Below are positions 39,027 through 47,092 of a stretch of DNA of 64,000 nt, in pieces. Positions within the stretch are counted from its first letter, which is position 1. Every line of letters begins with the position of its first letter. The translations under genes were made by a program, and so were the position numbers. Source of the DNA: Christensenella sp. UBA7703 (GTDB lineage Bacteria > Bacillota > Clostridia > Christensenellales > CAG-138); assembly GCA_002482505.1 (NCBI GenBank), contig DLGD01000014.1:3645-67644 (forward strand), given 5' to 3'. The notes beneath the pieces are model-generated. The model ran no database searches and was not told the origin of the DNA. It saw only the letters and a list, made by a program, of their open reading frames with translations.

Positions 39027-39398
39027 TTATTCCCAGCCTTTTTCCGCATGGCGGCAGATGGCGGCAAACGTCTCCGCAGAGATGTCGTGCTCCATCCGAC
39101 AGGCATCCGCAAACGCGGTTGTCTCCTGCACGCCGAGGCGCATCAAAAACTGCGCAAGCACCCTGTGCCGCTGATACATACGCTCGGCAATCTCGCGCCC
39201 GCTGGGGGTTAGCGTGATGCACTTATCATCTGCCATATGAATATAGGAGTTTTCGCGCAGGAGCTTTGTCGCGTGGCTGACGCTTGCCTTCGTCACGCCG
39301 AGGCTGGTTGCGATGTCCACAGAGCGTGCACACCCGTTTTTTTCTTGTTGAATCAGAATCTGTTCCAGATAATCTTCAATCGATTCGTTGACCTGCAT
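39027..39398 (-). CDS. DtxR/MntR family metal-dependent transcriptional regulator (DNA-binding plus dimerisation domains only)
   Basis: Start MQVNESIEDYLEQI at 39398, after ggaggtgcgcac. It has a wHTH (SVDIATSLGVTKASVSHATKLL) and metal-site residues in ...RHRVLAQFL...MEHDIS. It is divergent from feoAB. Confidence 0.85.
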   Translation of the reverse strand: MQVNESIEDYLEQILIQQEKNGCARSVDIATSLGVTKASVSHATKLLRENSYIHMADDKCITLTPSGREIAERMYQRHRVLAQFLMRLGVQETTAFADACRMEHDISAETFAAICRHAEKGWE

Positions 39399-39544
39399 GT
39401 GCGCACCTCCAATTCTTCCTTCTATGCTACACCCAAGGCGGTTTGATTTCAAGTTTTTATCAAATCTCATTCGGGAACACGGCAGTAAGGAAAGTACGGC
39501 AATCCATGCGCGCCACCGGAAACAGGAGGGAACCATTTTGGGGA

Positions 39545-39573
39545 TTGACAAGCGAAGGTAGAAGCTGTAAACT
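39545..39573 (+). promoter_or_regulatory. candidate sigma-A promoter of feoAB
   Basis: TTGACA (39545-39550), 17-nt spacer, TAAACT (39568-39573). Confidence 0.5.
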
Positions 39574-39576
39574 CCA

Positions 39577-39609
39577 ATCGCAAGTTAGAGAAATCTAACT
39601 ATCTGCGAT
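39577..39609. promoter_or_regulatory. nested palindrome just downstream of the feo -10 (candidate DtxR-family iron box)
   Basis: ATCGCA aGTTAGAgaaaTCTAACtatc TGCGAT. The inner TTAG-N-CTAA architecture resembles IdeR/DtxR operators (TTAGGTTAGCCTAACCTAA). Confidence 0.45.
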
Positions 39610-39685
39610 GGTAAACGGGGGATTGATTCGCCCGCGTGCTGCGCAGGATAGCCCTTTGGCGCGGGCGGAAACACGGAGAAACAAC

Positions 39686-40057
39686 ATGACACTGGATGAA
39701 CTAAAAATCGGGCACACAGGCACGATTACCGCGGTCAAGGGAGAAGGCGCCTTGCGGCTCCGGCTACTGGATATGGGGCTGATACCCAAGACGAAGGTGA
39801 CGCTGATCAAGGTTGCGCCGATGGGCGACCCGATTGAAATCTGCGTGCGCGGTTATGAATTAACGCTTCGAAAAGACGACGCGAAGAACATCAATCTTGC
39901 AGAGGAAGAGGGAGAGGGAAATGATATTTGCGCTTGCAGGAAACCAGAACTCGGGCAAGACGACGCTCTTCAATGCGCTTACGGGGTCCAATCAGCATGT
40001 CGGAAACTTTCCGGGCGTGACGGTGGATCAGAAGATGGGGGAGATTCGCGGGGTTAA
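39686..40057 (+). CDS. feoA: FeoA family protein with an unusual 3' extension overlapping feoB
   Basis: MTLDELKIGHTGTITAVKGEGALRLRLLDMGLIPKTKVTLIKVAPMGDPIEICVRGYELTLRKDDAKNINL is a complete FeoA SH3-like domain. The frame then stays open for about 50 more codons, 137 nt into feoB in another frame. Confidence 0.75.
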   Translation: MTLDELKIGHTGTITAVKGEGALRLRLLDMGLIPKTKVTLIKVAPMGDPIEICVRGYELTLRKDDAKNINLAEEEGEGNDICACRKPELGQDDALQCAYGVQSACRKLSGRDGGSEDGGDSRG

Positions 40058-41930
40058 GGGCGCGCAGGTTGTCGACCTGCCCGGCATTTACTCTATCCGG
40101 CCCTATACGCAGGAGGAGATCGTTTCGCGCGATTTCATCCTTGACGGCAAACCGGACGGAATCATCAACATCGTCGATGCGACGAATATTGAGCGGAATC
40201 TCTATCTTACGCTCCAACTGCTGGAGCTGCGCATCCCGATGGTGGTTGCGCTGAATATGATGGATGAGGTACGCGATAACGGCGGGTCGATCGATGTACA
40301 ACTCATGAGCCGCCAGCTTGGCGTGCCGGTGGTTCCAATCGCCGCCGCAAAGAACGAAGGCGTTTCGGAGTTGGTCAGCCAGGCGTTGAGCGTGGTCAAG
40401 CGCCGCGCAATCCCCGCTGTGCAGGACTTCTGCCCGGATGGGCCGGTGCACCGCTGCATCCACTCGGTTGCGCACGTGATCGAAGACCACGCGCGGGCAA
40501 TCGGCGTTTCGCCGCGCTTTTGCGCAACCAAATTGATTGAGGGTGATCCTTCTCTCTCTGCACGGCTGGAGCTCGACCAAAACGAGCTGGAGCTCATTGA
40601 GCACAGTGTGCTGGAGATGGAGCACGAGACACGGTTTGATCGCAACGAAGCGCTCGCGGATATGCGCTATACATTCATCGAAGGCGTGGTTGCCGCCTCC
40701 GTGGTCAAGAGCCATGAGAGCAAGGAACACCGCAGGAGCGTCAAGATCGACAAAATTCTCACGGGAAAATACACGGCGCTGCCGGTATTCTTCGGGGTGA
40801 TGTTTCTTGTATTCTGGTTGACGTTCAACATCATCGGTAGTTCGCTTTCCGACCTGCTGACCTTGGGGATCGATGCATTGACTGGGCTGATCGATCGCGG
40901 CCTGACCGCCTACGGCATCAATCCGGTTGTCAAGAGCCTCGTGGTGGACGGCATCTTTGCGGGGGTTGGCAGCGTGCTGAGCTTTTTGCCGATCGTGGTG
41001 ACGCTGTTTTTCTTCCTCTCGATTCTGGAAGACACGGGCTATATGGCGCGTGTTGCGTTCGTGATGGATCGCCTGCTGCGCAAAATCGGGCTTTCGGGCA
41101 GGAGCTTTGTGCCGATGTTGATCGGCTTTGGCTGTTCGGTTCCCGCGATTATGGCGACGCGAACGCTGGCGAGTGATCGCGACCGCAAGATGACGATATT
41201 GCTTACCCCGTTTATGAGCTGCTCGGCAAAAATTCCGATCTATGCGGTGTTCTGTGCGGCGTTCTTCGCGCGCTATCAGGCGCTTGTGATGATCGGGCTG
41301 TATGCGGCGGGCATGGTGATTGGGATTCTGGTTGCGCTGCTGCTGAAGGGTACGGCGTTTCGCGGCGAGCCGGTTCCGTTTGTGATGGAACTGCCGAACT
41401 ACCGTATGCCGTCGCCAAAGAACGTCCTGCTGCTCCTCTGGGAGAAGGCGAAGGATTTTCTGGAGCGCGCGTTTACGATTATTCTCCTGGCGAGCGTTGT
41501 CATCTGGTTTTTGCAGACGTTTGATCTCCGGCTCAATGTGGTCAACGACAGCGCAAACAGCCTGCTTGCGCTCATCGGCCGCCTGATTGCGCCGATTTTC
41601 CGCCCGATGGGCTTTGCGGATTGGCGGGTTGCGACTTCGCTCATCTCCGGCTTCGTCGCCAAAGAAGCAGTGGTTAGCACGCTCTCCGTGCTGCTCGGCA
41701 CGGGGGTAGCGCAGCTGCACCTTGCGCTACCAAGCCTGTTTTCAACGCTTTCTGCCGTGAGCTTTTTGCTCTTTACGCTTTTGTATACACCCTGTGTGGC
41801 TGCGGTTGCGACCATTCGAAAAGAACTCAGGTCCGGCTGGGCGACGCTCGGCGTTGTGGTAATGCAGTGCGCGGTTGCATGGGTGGTCGCGTATGCGGCG
41901 TATTTGATCGGAGGATTGTTTATCACATGA
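39921..41930 (+). CDS. feoB: ferrous iron transporter FeoB
   Basis: Start MIFALAGNQNSGKTTLFNALTG (G1 motif) after gagggagaggga. An N-terminal GTPase is followed by a polytopic membrane domain. 669 aa from this start. Confidence 0.95.
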   Translation: MIFALAGNQNSGKTTLFNALTGSNQHVGNFPGVTVDQKMGEIRGVKGAQVVDLPGIYSIRPYTQEEIVSRDFILDGKPDGIINIVDATNIERNLYLTLQLLELRIPMVVALNMMDEVRDNGGSIDVQLMSRQLGVPVVPIAAAKNEGVSELVSQALSVVKRRAIPAVQDFCPDGPVHRCIHSVAHVIEDHARAIGVSPRFCATKLIEGDPSLSARLELDQNELELIEHSVLEMEHETRFDRNEALADMRYTFIEGVVAASVVKSHESKEHRRSVKIDKILTGKYTALPVFFGVMFLVFWLTFNIIGSSLSDLLTLGIDALTGLIDRGLTAYGINPVVKSLVVDGIFAGVGSVLSFLPIVVTLFFFLSILEDTGYMARVAFVMDRLLRKIGLSGRSFVPMLIGFGCSVPAIMATRTLASDRDRKMTILLTPFMSCSAKIPIYAVFCAAFFARYQALVMIGLYAAGMVIGILVALLLKGTAFRGEPVPFVMELPNYRMPSPKNVLLLLWEKAKDFLERAFTIILLASVVIWFLQTFDLRLNVVNDSANSLLALIGRLIAPIFRPMGFADWRVATSLISGFVAKEAVVSTLSVLLGTGVAQLHLALPSLFSTLSAVSFLLFTLLYTPCVAAVATIRKELRSGWATLGVVVMQCAVAWVVAYAAYLIGGLFIT

Positions 41931-42091
41931 AGCTTGCCGATTATCTGATTCTGGCGCTGGTTGCGCTGGTGCTGTTTCTCGTCATTCGCCGCAGTGTGCG
42001 CAGGAAGGCCTCGGGCAACACCTGTGGCTGCGGCGGCTGCGCGGGATGCAGCGCCCGGGAAAACTGTGCACAGCAGACAAAACGAACATAA
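41927..42091 (+). CDS. FeoB-associated Cys-rich small membrane protein
   Basis: ATGA overlap with the feoB stop. The product MKLADYLILALVALVLFLVIRR...GNTCGCGGCAGCSARENC has one TM followed by a Cys cluster. Confidence 0.75.
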   Translation: MKLADYLILALVALVLFLVIRRSVRRKASGNTCGCGGCAGCSARENCAQQTKRT

Positions 42092-42100
42092 CAGGATACG

Positions 42101-42129
42101 ATCCGCCGGAGACTCCGGCGGATTTTTTT
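42101..42129 (+). terminator. intrinsic terminator after the feo operon
   Basis: 10-bp stem atccgccgga / tccggcggat, then ttttttt. Confidence 0.85.
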
Positions 42130-42359
42130 GCAGTTCATTTTGATTTATACCCGATTCTATTGACAAATCATAGATTTGAACATACTGGGGTTCTAGAACG
42201 CTGCGTGGGAAAAGCAACGGACGAACCATTTTCCGCATGGTATGATAAGCAAAACAAGAGAGTATTTGAGCGGATTAGACTGTGCCTGCTAAAAGAAAAT
42301 CTAAAACCGATTTGGCGCAGGAAATGCGCAATCACTAAAACAAACCGGAGGAGCAACGC

Positions 42360-42839
42360 TTGTTTACCTACATTCTGTATGCGCTTGCCATCGCGGGTCT
42401 TGCCGTGTCGTTTTTCAAAGACCGGCAGAAGACAAAAGCCGCGTTGATGAAGGCCTGGAAGTCTTTTGAAAACATCCTCCCGCAGTTGCTGATGATCTTT
42501 TTGATCATCGGTTTTGCGCTCGCAATTTTTCCGCCGGAGACCATTCGCAAGTTTCTCGGTTCGGAGAGCGGGTTTCTCGGCATCCTCGCTGCTGCGCTGA
42601 TCGGTTCCATCACGCTGATGCCCGGGTTTGTCGCCTTCCCGCTGGCTGCGGCGCTGCTCAAAAGCGGTGCAGGCTACATGCAGCTTGCTGCGTTTATCTC
42701 TACGCTGATGATGGTCGGTATCATCACGATTCCGATTGAGCACAAGACGTTTGGACTCAAGGCGACGATTACGCGGAACGTATCTGCGTTTGCCTTTTCG
42801 TTTGTGGTAGCGGTTGTGATGGGGGTGGTGCTGGGATGA
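42360..42839 (+). CDS. predicted permease, first half of a split COG0701/UPF0718-like pair
   Basis: TTG start after ggaggagcaacgc. 159 aa with about 4-5 TM segments, and ...GSITLMPGFVAFPLAAALLKSGAG.. typical of this permease family. Confidence 0.65.
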   Translation: MFTYILYALAIAGLAVSFFKDRQKTKAALMKAWKSFENILPQLLMIFLIIGFALAIFPPETIRKFLGSESGFLGILAAALIGSITLMPGFVAFPLAAALLKSGAGYMQLAAFISTLMMVGIITIPIEHKTFGLKATITRNVSAFAFSFVVAVVMGVVLG

Positions 42840-43474
42840 GCGAACAACAGATGAAACAACCGGAAAACGGCATGAATAGCATGCAGAAACCGTCTCAATC
42901 GGGCAACATGCCAAACCAGCCCGGCAACCAGAAGAAGCCGTTTTTAAAACGCTATGGCGCGTTCTTCCTGCTGCTGATTGCAGGCGTGATCGCGGGGCTT
43001 GTGTTGCCGGATCTCGGTAAAGCCGCGCTGGACAACACCCTTGGCAGCCTCAAGGAGATGCTCTCTGTCTTGCCGCCGATCTTTGTGTTGTTGGGGTTGC
43101 TGGATGTTTGGGTGGATCGCGCGACGATGATCAAATACACCGGCAAAGGCTCCGGTTTCAAGGGCGTTCTGATCGCGTTTCTGCTCGGCTCTGCTGCGGC
43201 AGGACCCCTCTACGCCGCGTTTCCTTTCGCGGCGGTGATGCTGAAAAAAGGCACGAGTTTTAGGAATGTGCTGATCTTCATCGGCGCATGGTCGACAACA
43301 AAGATTCCGCTGCTGGCGTTTGAGGCCTCCAGCATGGGCCCTGTGTTCACGCTGGTGCGTCTTGCGCTGAGCCTTGTCGGCATTCCGCTGATCGCGTACA
43401 TCACCGATCGCGTGATTGGCAAGGCGGGTATAGACGAAATCTATGCGCTCAACGACGCGGAGCAGACGAAATAA
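42836..43474 (+). CDS. predicted permease, second half of the split pair
   Basis: ATGA overlap with the upstream half. It has a hydrophilic Q/N/P-rich N-terminus, then TM segments with ...LGSAAAGPLYAAFPFAAVMLKKG... that parallel the motif of the first half. Confidence 0.65.
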   Translation: MSEQQMKQPENGMNSMQKPSQSGNMPNQPGNQKKPFLKRYGAFFLLLIAGVIAGLVLPDLGKAALDNTLGSLKEMLSVLPPIFVLLGLLDVWVDRATMIKYTGKGSGFKGVLIAFLLGSAAAGPLYAAFPFAAVMLKKGTSFRNVLIFIGAWSTTKIPLLAFEASSMGPVFTLVRLALSLVGIPLIAYITDRVIGKAGIDEIYALNDAEQTK

Positions 43475-43511
43475 AAAGACGGCTATCGAAAGAGGGAGCA
43501 CGCGAAATTTG

Positions 43512-43541
43512 GGCGGAGCGCAATGCGTTTCCGCCTTTTTT
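43512..43541 (+). terminator. intrinsic terminator after the permease pair
   Basis: ggcgga ... tccgcc stem followed by tttttt. Confidence 0.6.
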
Positions 43542-43565
43542 CTACAAAAATCGAGCGTGCATTTA

Positions 43566-43577
43566 GAACAAATGTTC
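43566..43577. promoter_or_regulatory. candidate LexA (Cheo/SOS) box abutting a TATAAT -10
   Basis: aGAACaaatGTTCg, compared with the Firmicutes consensus CGAACRNRYGTTCG (established). TATAAT at 43580-43585 starts 3 nt downstream. No good -35 was seen. Confidence 0.5.
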
Positions 43578-43611
43578 GATATAATAAAGGACAAACAGTA
43601 AACGGGTTAGC

Positions 43612-43649
43612 AATTATAAGAATTGTGCAAATATCAAATTCTTATAATT
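43612..43649. promoter_or_regulatory. perfect 13-bp inverted repeat with a 12-nt spacer, between the LexA-box promoter and the first island ORF
   Basis: aattataagaatt (43612-43624) ... aattcttataatt (43637-43649), followed by ttttct. It could be an operator or an AU-rich RNA hairpin. Confidence 0.4.
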
Positions 43650-43700
43650 TTCTGTGGATCATCTGATGTAACCTGAAACAAAAAGGAAGGGAACATTACA

Positions 43701-44006
43701 ATGACAAACAGATTTACCAACCCCGATACCGGCAGGATGAGCATAGCCTTAAAAAAGGCAATCGCACGTTTCAAATCAACAGCCAGCCAATCGAAAGACA
43801 CGGGCAAGAGCGCAGGCACCGCGCAAGCGACAGCGAAGACACAGGATACCGTAAATCCTTTGAAGCTCAACAGTGTCGAAAGAAGGCTGAATGCGGCAGA
43901 CAAGGCAATCTTACCCGCCGCAGATCGACCGACGAGAGTAAGCAACCCCGATAACCGCGCACCCAAATTGAGTGAAATTCAACAAAACGAGGATTATTAC
44001 CGGTAA
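43701..44006 (+). CDS. hypothetical hydrophilic protein, or the N-terminal part of the downstream NlpC/P60 ORF separated by one TAA
   Basis: SD aaaaaggaaggg before the ATG. The 101-aa product is low-complexity. The frame is the same as 44136..45458, and TAA at 44004 is the only stop between them (checked codon by codon). Confidence 0.4.
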   Translation: MTNRFTNPDTGRMSIALKKAIARFKSTASQSKDTGKSAGTAQATAKTQDTVNPLKLNSVERRLNAADKAILPAADRPTRVSNPDNRAPKLSEIQQNEDYYR

Positions 44007-44261
44007 GAGCAACAGAGGATTCAATCGATAGAGAAAGCAAAAGCGCAGGAAGCGTTTGAAAGAATCCTACGGCATGAGCTCTATGGTGAATCGTTAGCCG
44101 CAAAACCAATTCCCCTTGAAAGGGGCGCGTCCGCCTTGAAGAGTACCGGCGGAACATCGCTGGGCGCAAGCGGGCCTCTTGCGAAGAATGGCGCTCGCAC
44201 GCGCGGCTACACAGACACCGCTTCGGATTCTGGCGCGCCGATTCGGTTTACGGGCGGAACA

Positions 44262-45458
44262 ATGGAGGATAAAAGACGGAAGTATGACGAAGCTATGGTG
44301 CGGCAAGCCGTAACCTTGAATGATTTTCATGACTATCTGGACTGGGGAAATATCGATCGATCCAACCTGACCGCAGAACAAAGCGATATTCTAGAACTTG
44401 TTGAACAGGAACTCACCAAGAAATCGGTTCTCGGAACGCTAACGGAACAAGAGAGAAACACTGTTTTTAAGAATACCTTGAACTATCTGTATTCGCACAC
44501 AAAATCAGCCAATGGTGATCCGTACCCGATTTTTATAGACATTGCGAAAACGGGAGTTGTTGCTCCTTATGCTGCTATTATTGATTTGCCAGAGAAGAAT
44601 GACTACGTTAAGGGCCCATTTCCTGAGCAAATAGCTATGAATACAGATGTGCTTTCTAACAAAGACTTGAGAATGATTTTTGAGTATGGACGTCAAAAAC
44701 CTGCTAACGAAGCTGAGGTGGAGAAATATAAGCAACAATTCACCTATAAAAACAATGTGTATTTAGAAGAAATGGAGAATTACTTCGATGCACTGAAAAA
44801 CGGGAAAGCAACTCCCAAAGACAGACAAAAATATCTTGATCAAGCGGTGCTCAGAATTTATGAAACTTGCACCAAGCCAATACCTGTCAAGGATAAAAGA
44901 GGCAAAGATGCAGGGACAGTTCCGATTGGAGAGTTGATCCCGCCGTATGATGATTCGTTTGGAGCGCAGGTTGCAAGAGAAGCGTTGCGGTTGGTAGGCT
45001 TAAAGTATCTTCATAAAGCCAAAGAAATCATACCTGGGGAAAATGGAGACTACAACATTGATTGCTCAAGACTCGTTTCTTGGACGCTATCCGAAATTAA
45101 TCCTGAGTGGAAGTATGATACCATTAGTACATCTGCGCGGTATCAGATTAATGGGTTTAAAAAAGTGTGGAGCAATAGCGGAAGCTCAGAACCGCCCTAT
45201 GAGGGTATGCTTCCGGGCGACACCCTTTTTTGGAAAGGCAACGAAACAGGAGAGATCGTCCATACTGCGATCTATATTGGCATGGTCGACGAAGTACCTA
45301 TGATGATTGAAGCTGACAATACAGTGCAAATTGTCGAAGTAAGAGAAAAAACAACCAACAACAATGGTGAAGACTCGACTCTCGTACAAGTAAATAGAAT
45401 GACACCGGAGGAGCTGGACAAACATCATGATCAGAACACAGCAAAAAGCATTAACTAA
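44262..45458 (+). CDS. NlpC/P60 domain protein with an unknown ~300-aa N-terminal region and no signal peptide
   Basis: The C-terminal NIDCSRLVSW...GDTLFW...EIVHTAIYIG..MIEA fits the Cys-His papain-like NlpC/P60 core. ATG at 44262. The frame is open upstream to a TTG at 44136, and back to 43701 apart from one stop. Confidence 0.75.
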   Translation: MEDKRRKYDEAMVRQAVTLNDFHDYLDWGNIDRSNLTAEQSDILELVEQELTKKSVLGTLTEQERNTVFKNTLNYLYSHTKSANGDPYPIFIDIAKTGVVAPYAAIIDLPEKNDYVKGPFPEQIAMNTDVLSNKDLRMIFEYGRQKPANEAEVEKYKQQFTYKNNVYLEEMENYFDALKNGKATPKDRQKYLDQAVLRIYETCTKPIPVKDKRGKDAGTVPIGELIPPYDDSFGAQVAREALRLVGLKYLHKAKEIIPGENGDYNIDCSRLVSWTLSEINPEWKYDTISTSARYQINGFKKVWSNSGSSEPPYEGMLPGDTLFWKGNETGEIVHTAIYIGMVDEVPMMIEADNTVQIVEVREKTTNNNGEDSTLVQVNRMTPEELDKHHDQNTAKSIN

Positions 45459-47070
45459 AGCGTTTATTGCTATAATCGGATTATCAATGCTGATTTCGCC
45501 TTTCAACGCTTCTTCTCAAGCCACAAGCGACTTATTTCCTGTTTACGGACCGTATGACGGCGATGGCTGGAGCGTCACCTCCGACGGCGTGTTGACGATT
45601 GAGAGCAATCAAGGCTGGGTAAACTGTCTGAAACATGGATATGAGAAAGACGTCACGAAACTCGTAATTGGAAAAGATGTATCCACTTTTCGACTCTATG
45701 ACTTACCGTTTGATCTGCCGAGCGAAGACTTCTTTAGTAAGTCTGATATCATTGGGTATGGGGAGCACGGAGAACCGTATTATGATTATTCGAAATTGCA
45801 TGACCTATTCCCCAATGAAATAGTTGTTGAAAGCGATAATCCGGTTTTTCGAGTCGTCGATGGGTTACTCATTAATTCGGTAACCAACGAGTTAGTATTA
45901 TCAAAAATGTCGTTGATGGATGTTGTAATCCCTGAAGGCGTGGAGACAATCACGTTGTCGGCGTTTTCACAAAGAGGGATTCAATCGGTTAGTTTTCCAA
46001 CAAGCTTAAAGGCAATCAACGAATATGCGTTCTACAAATGTAAGAACCTTGTGCGGATTGATTTACCGGATTCGTTGGCGGAGCTGAAAGCAGGGGCATT
46101 TTTCGGATGTTCCAGTTTATCTGTAGTGAATCTATCTCGCGGGCTTACGAGCATTGGGCGGAGTGCGTTCAGCGGTTGTGCAATACAGCATCTTCAAATT
46201 CCAGAAGGCGTTCAAAATATCAGCGAAAATGCCTTTATGGAGTGTGCTCAGCTTCAAGAGGTTTTTCTGCCGGACAGCATTAGAAGAATTGGATCCGGCA
46301 CTTTTAGCTGTTGCATGCAGCTTTCCGACATAAACTTTCCTGATAAACTGGAATATATCGGTGAGGGTGCGTTTCATCTTTGTACAAGCTTAAAAAAAGT
46401 TATTTTACCAAATTCTCTGCGTCAGATAGAGAATAGAGCATTCTGGAATTGCGACCTCTCTGTTTTACGAATTCCTGACAATCTATCACTCTTAGTGTTT
46501 TATGATTATGATCGGGGATATATCATTAGTCCGTATTCTAAGCGAAACAAATGTTTCGGGGCTTCCTCTGTCGAAACCGTAATCTTTGCTGGCAGCGATT
46601 ATGACTTCGGGTACCCCGCAATCACCGACGCGAAGAACGTCTATTTCTTGAGCACGCCGCCGGAGGACGTCGGGCAGATACTGGACAAGGATTCCGTGGG
46701 AAACATCTATTGCTCGGATGAATTTGAGCATCAGTGGACGCGCTCCAGCGTCGCAAGCTGGGTGCGGCAAAAGCTCACGATCCTGCCCGCAGCCCAGATC
46801 AAGGCAATCACCGAGGAAGCCGTTAACGCCACGCCGGAACCGATTGTGACCCCGCGCCCAACGCCTACGCCATTGCCAACGGAAACGCCTTGGCCAACGC
46901 CGATCATTACGCCGGTTGCGACGCCCAAGGAAGAAGCCCCCGCCGAGAACAAGCCAATCGATCCGATCCTGTTCGTCTTCGCGGGTGTGATTGCGGTTGT
47001 GATCGCGGGGATTGTGGTGGTTTCACAAATGGCGAAAAAGACGAGAAAGCGTTCGCGTACAAGAAAATAG
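45427..47070 (+). CDS. BspA-type leucine-rich repeat (LRR_5-like) surface protein with Pro/Thr stalk and C-terminal TM anchor
   Basis: Signal peptide MIRTQQKALTKAFIAIIGLSMLISPFNASSQA. Repeated ~23-aa units follow the pattern IP.gV..I...AF..C..L..v.lP.sl..I. The stalk is TPEPIVTPRPTPTPLPTETPWPTPIITP, followed by a TM segment and a KKTRKRSRTRK tail. Confidence 0.85.
   Translation: MIRTQQKALTKAFIAIIGLSMLISPFNASSQATSDLFPVYGPYDGDGWSVTSDGVLTIESNQGWVNCLKHGYEKDVTKLVIGKDVSTFRLYDLPFDLPSEDFFSKSDIIGYGEHGEPYYDYSKLHDLFPNEIVVESDNPVFRVVDGLLINSVTNELVLSKMSLMDVVIPEGVETITLSAFSQRGIQSVSFPTSLKAINEYAFYKCKNLVRIDLPDSLAELKAGAFFGCSSLSVVNLSRGLTSIGRSAFSGCAIQHLQIPEGVQNISENAFMECAQLQEVFLPDSIRRIGSGTFSCCMQLSDINFPDKLEYIGEGAFHLCTSLKKVILPNSLRQIENRAFWNCDLSVLRIPDNLSLLVFYDYDRGYIISPYSKRNKCFGASSVETVIFAGSDYDFGYPAITDAKNVYFLSTPPEDVGQILDKDSVGNIYCSDEFEHQWTRSSVASWVRQKLTILPAAQIKAITEEAVNATPEPIVTPRPTPTPLPTETPWPTPIITPVATPKEEAPAENKPIDPILFVFAGVIAVVIAGIVVVSQMAKKTRKRSRTRK
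46579..47024 (+). repeat. 446-bp direct repeat copy 1 (3' module of the first LRR gene)
   Basis: By hand alignment to 49634..50079 I counted about 24 mismatches (~95% identity). About half of them lie in one patch near 46784-46815. Confidence 0.85.
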
Positions 47071-47092
47071 TCAATCAATATTGAGGTGCTTT

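Noticed and set aside
43634-43966. 110-aa hydrophobic ORF on the minus strand, antisense to 43701..44006.
   Set aside because: There is no SD upstream of its start. It would be transcribed against the LexA-box promoter, and it ends inside the 13-bp inverted repeat. The + strand ORF has an SD and is in frame with the downstream gene. I cannot fully exclude it.
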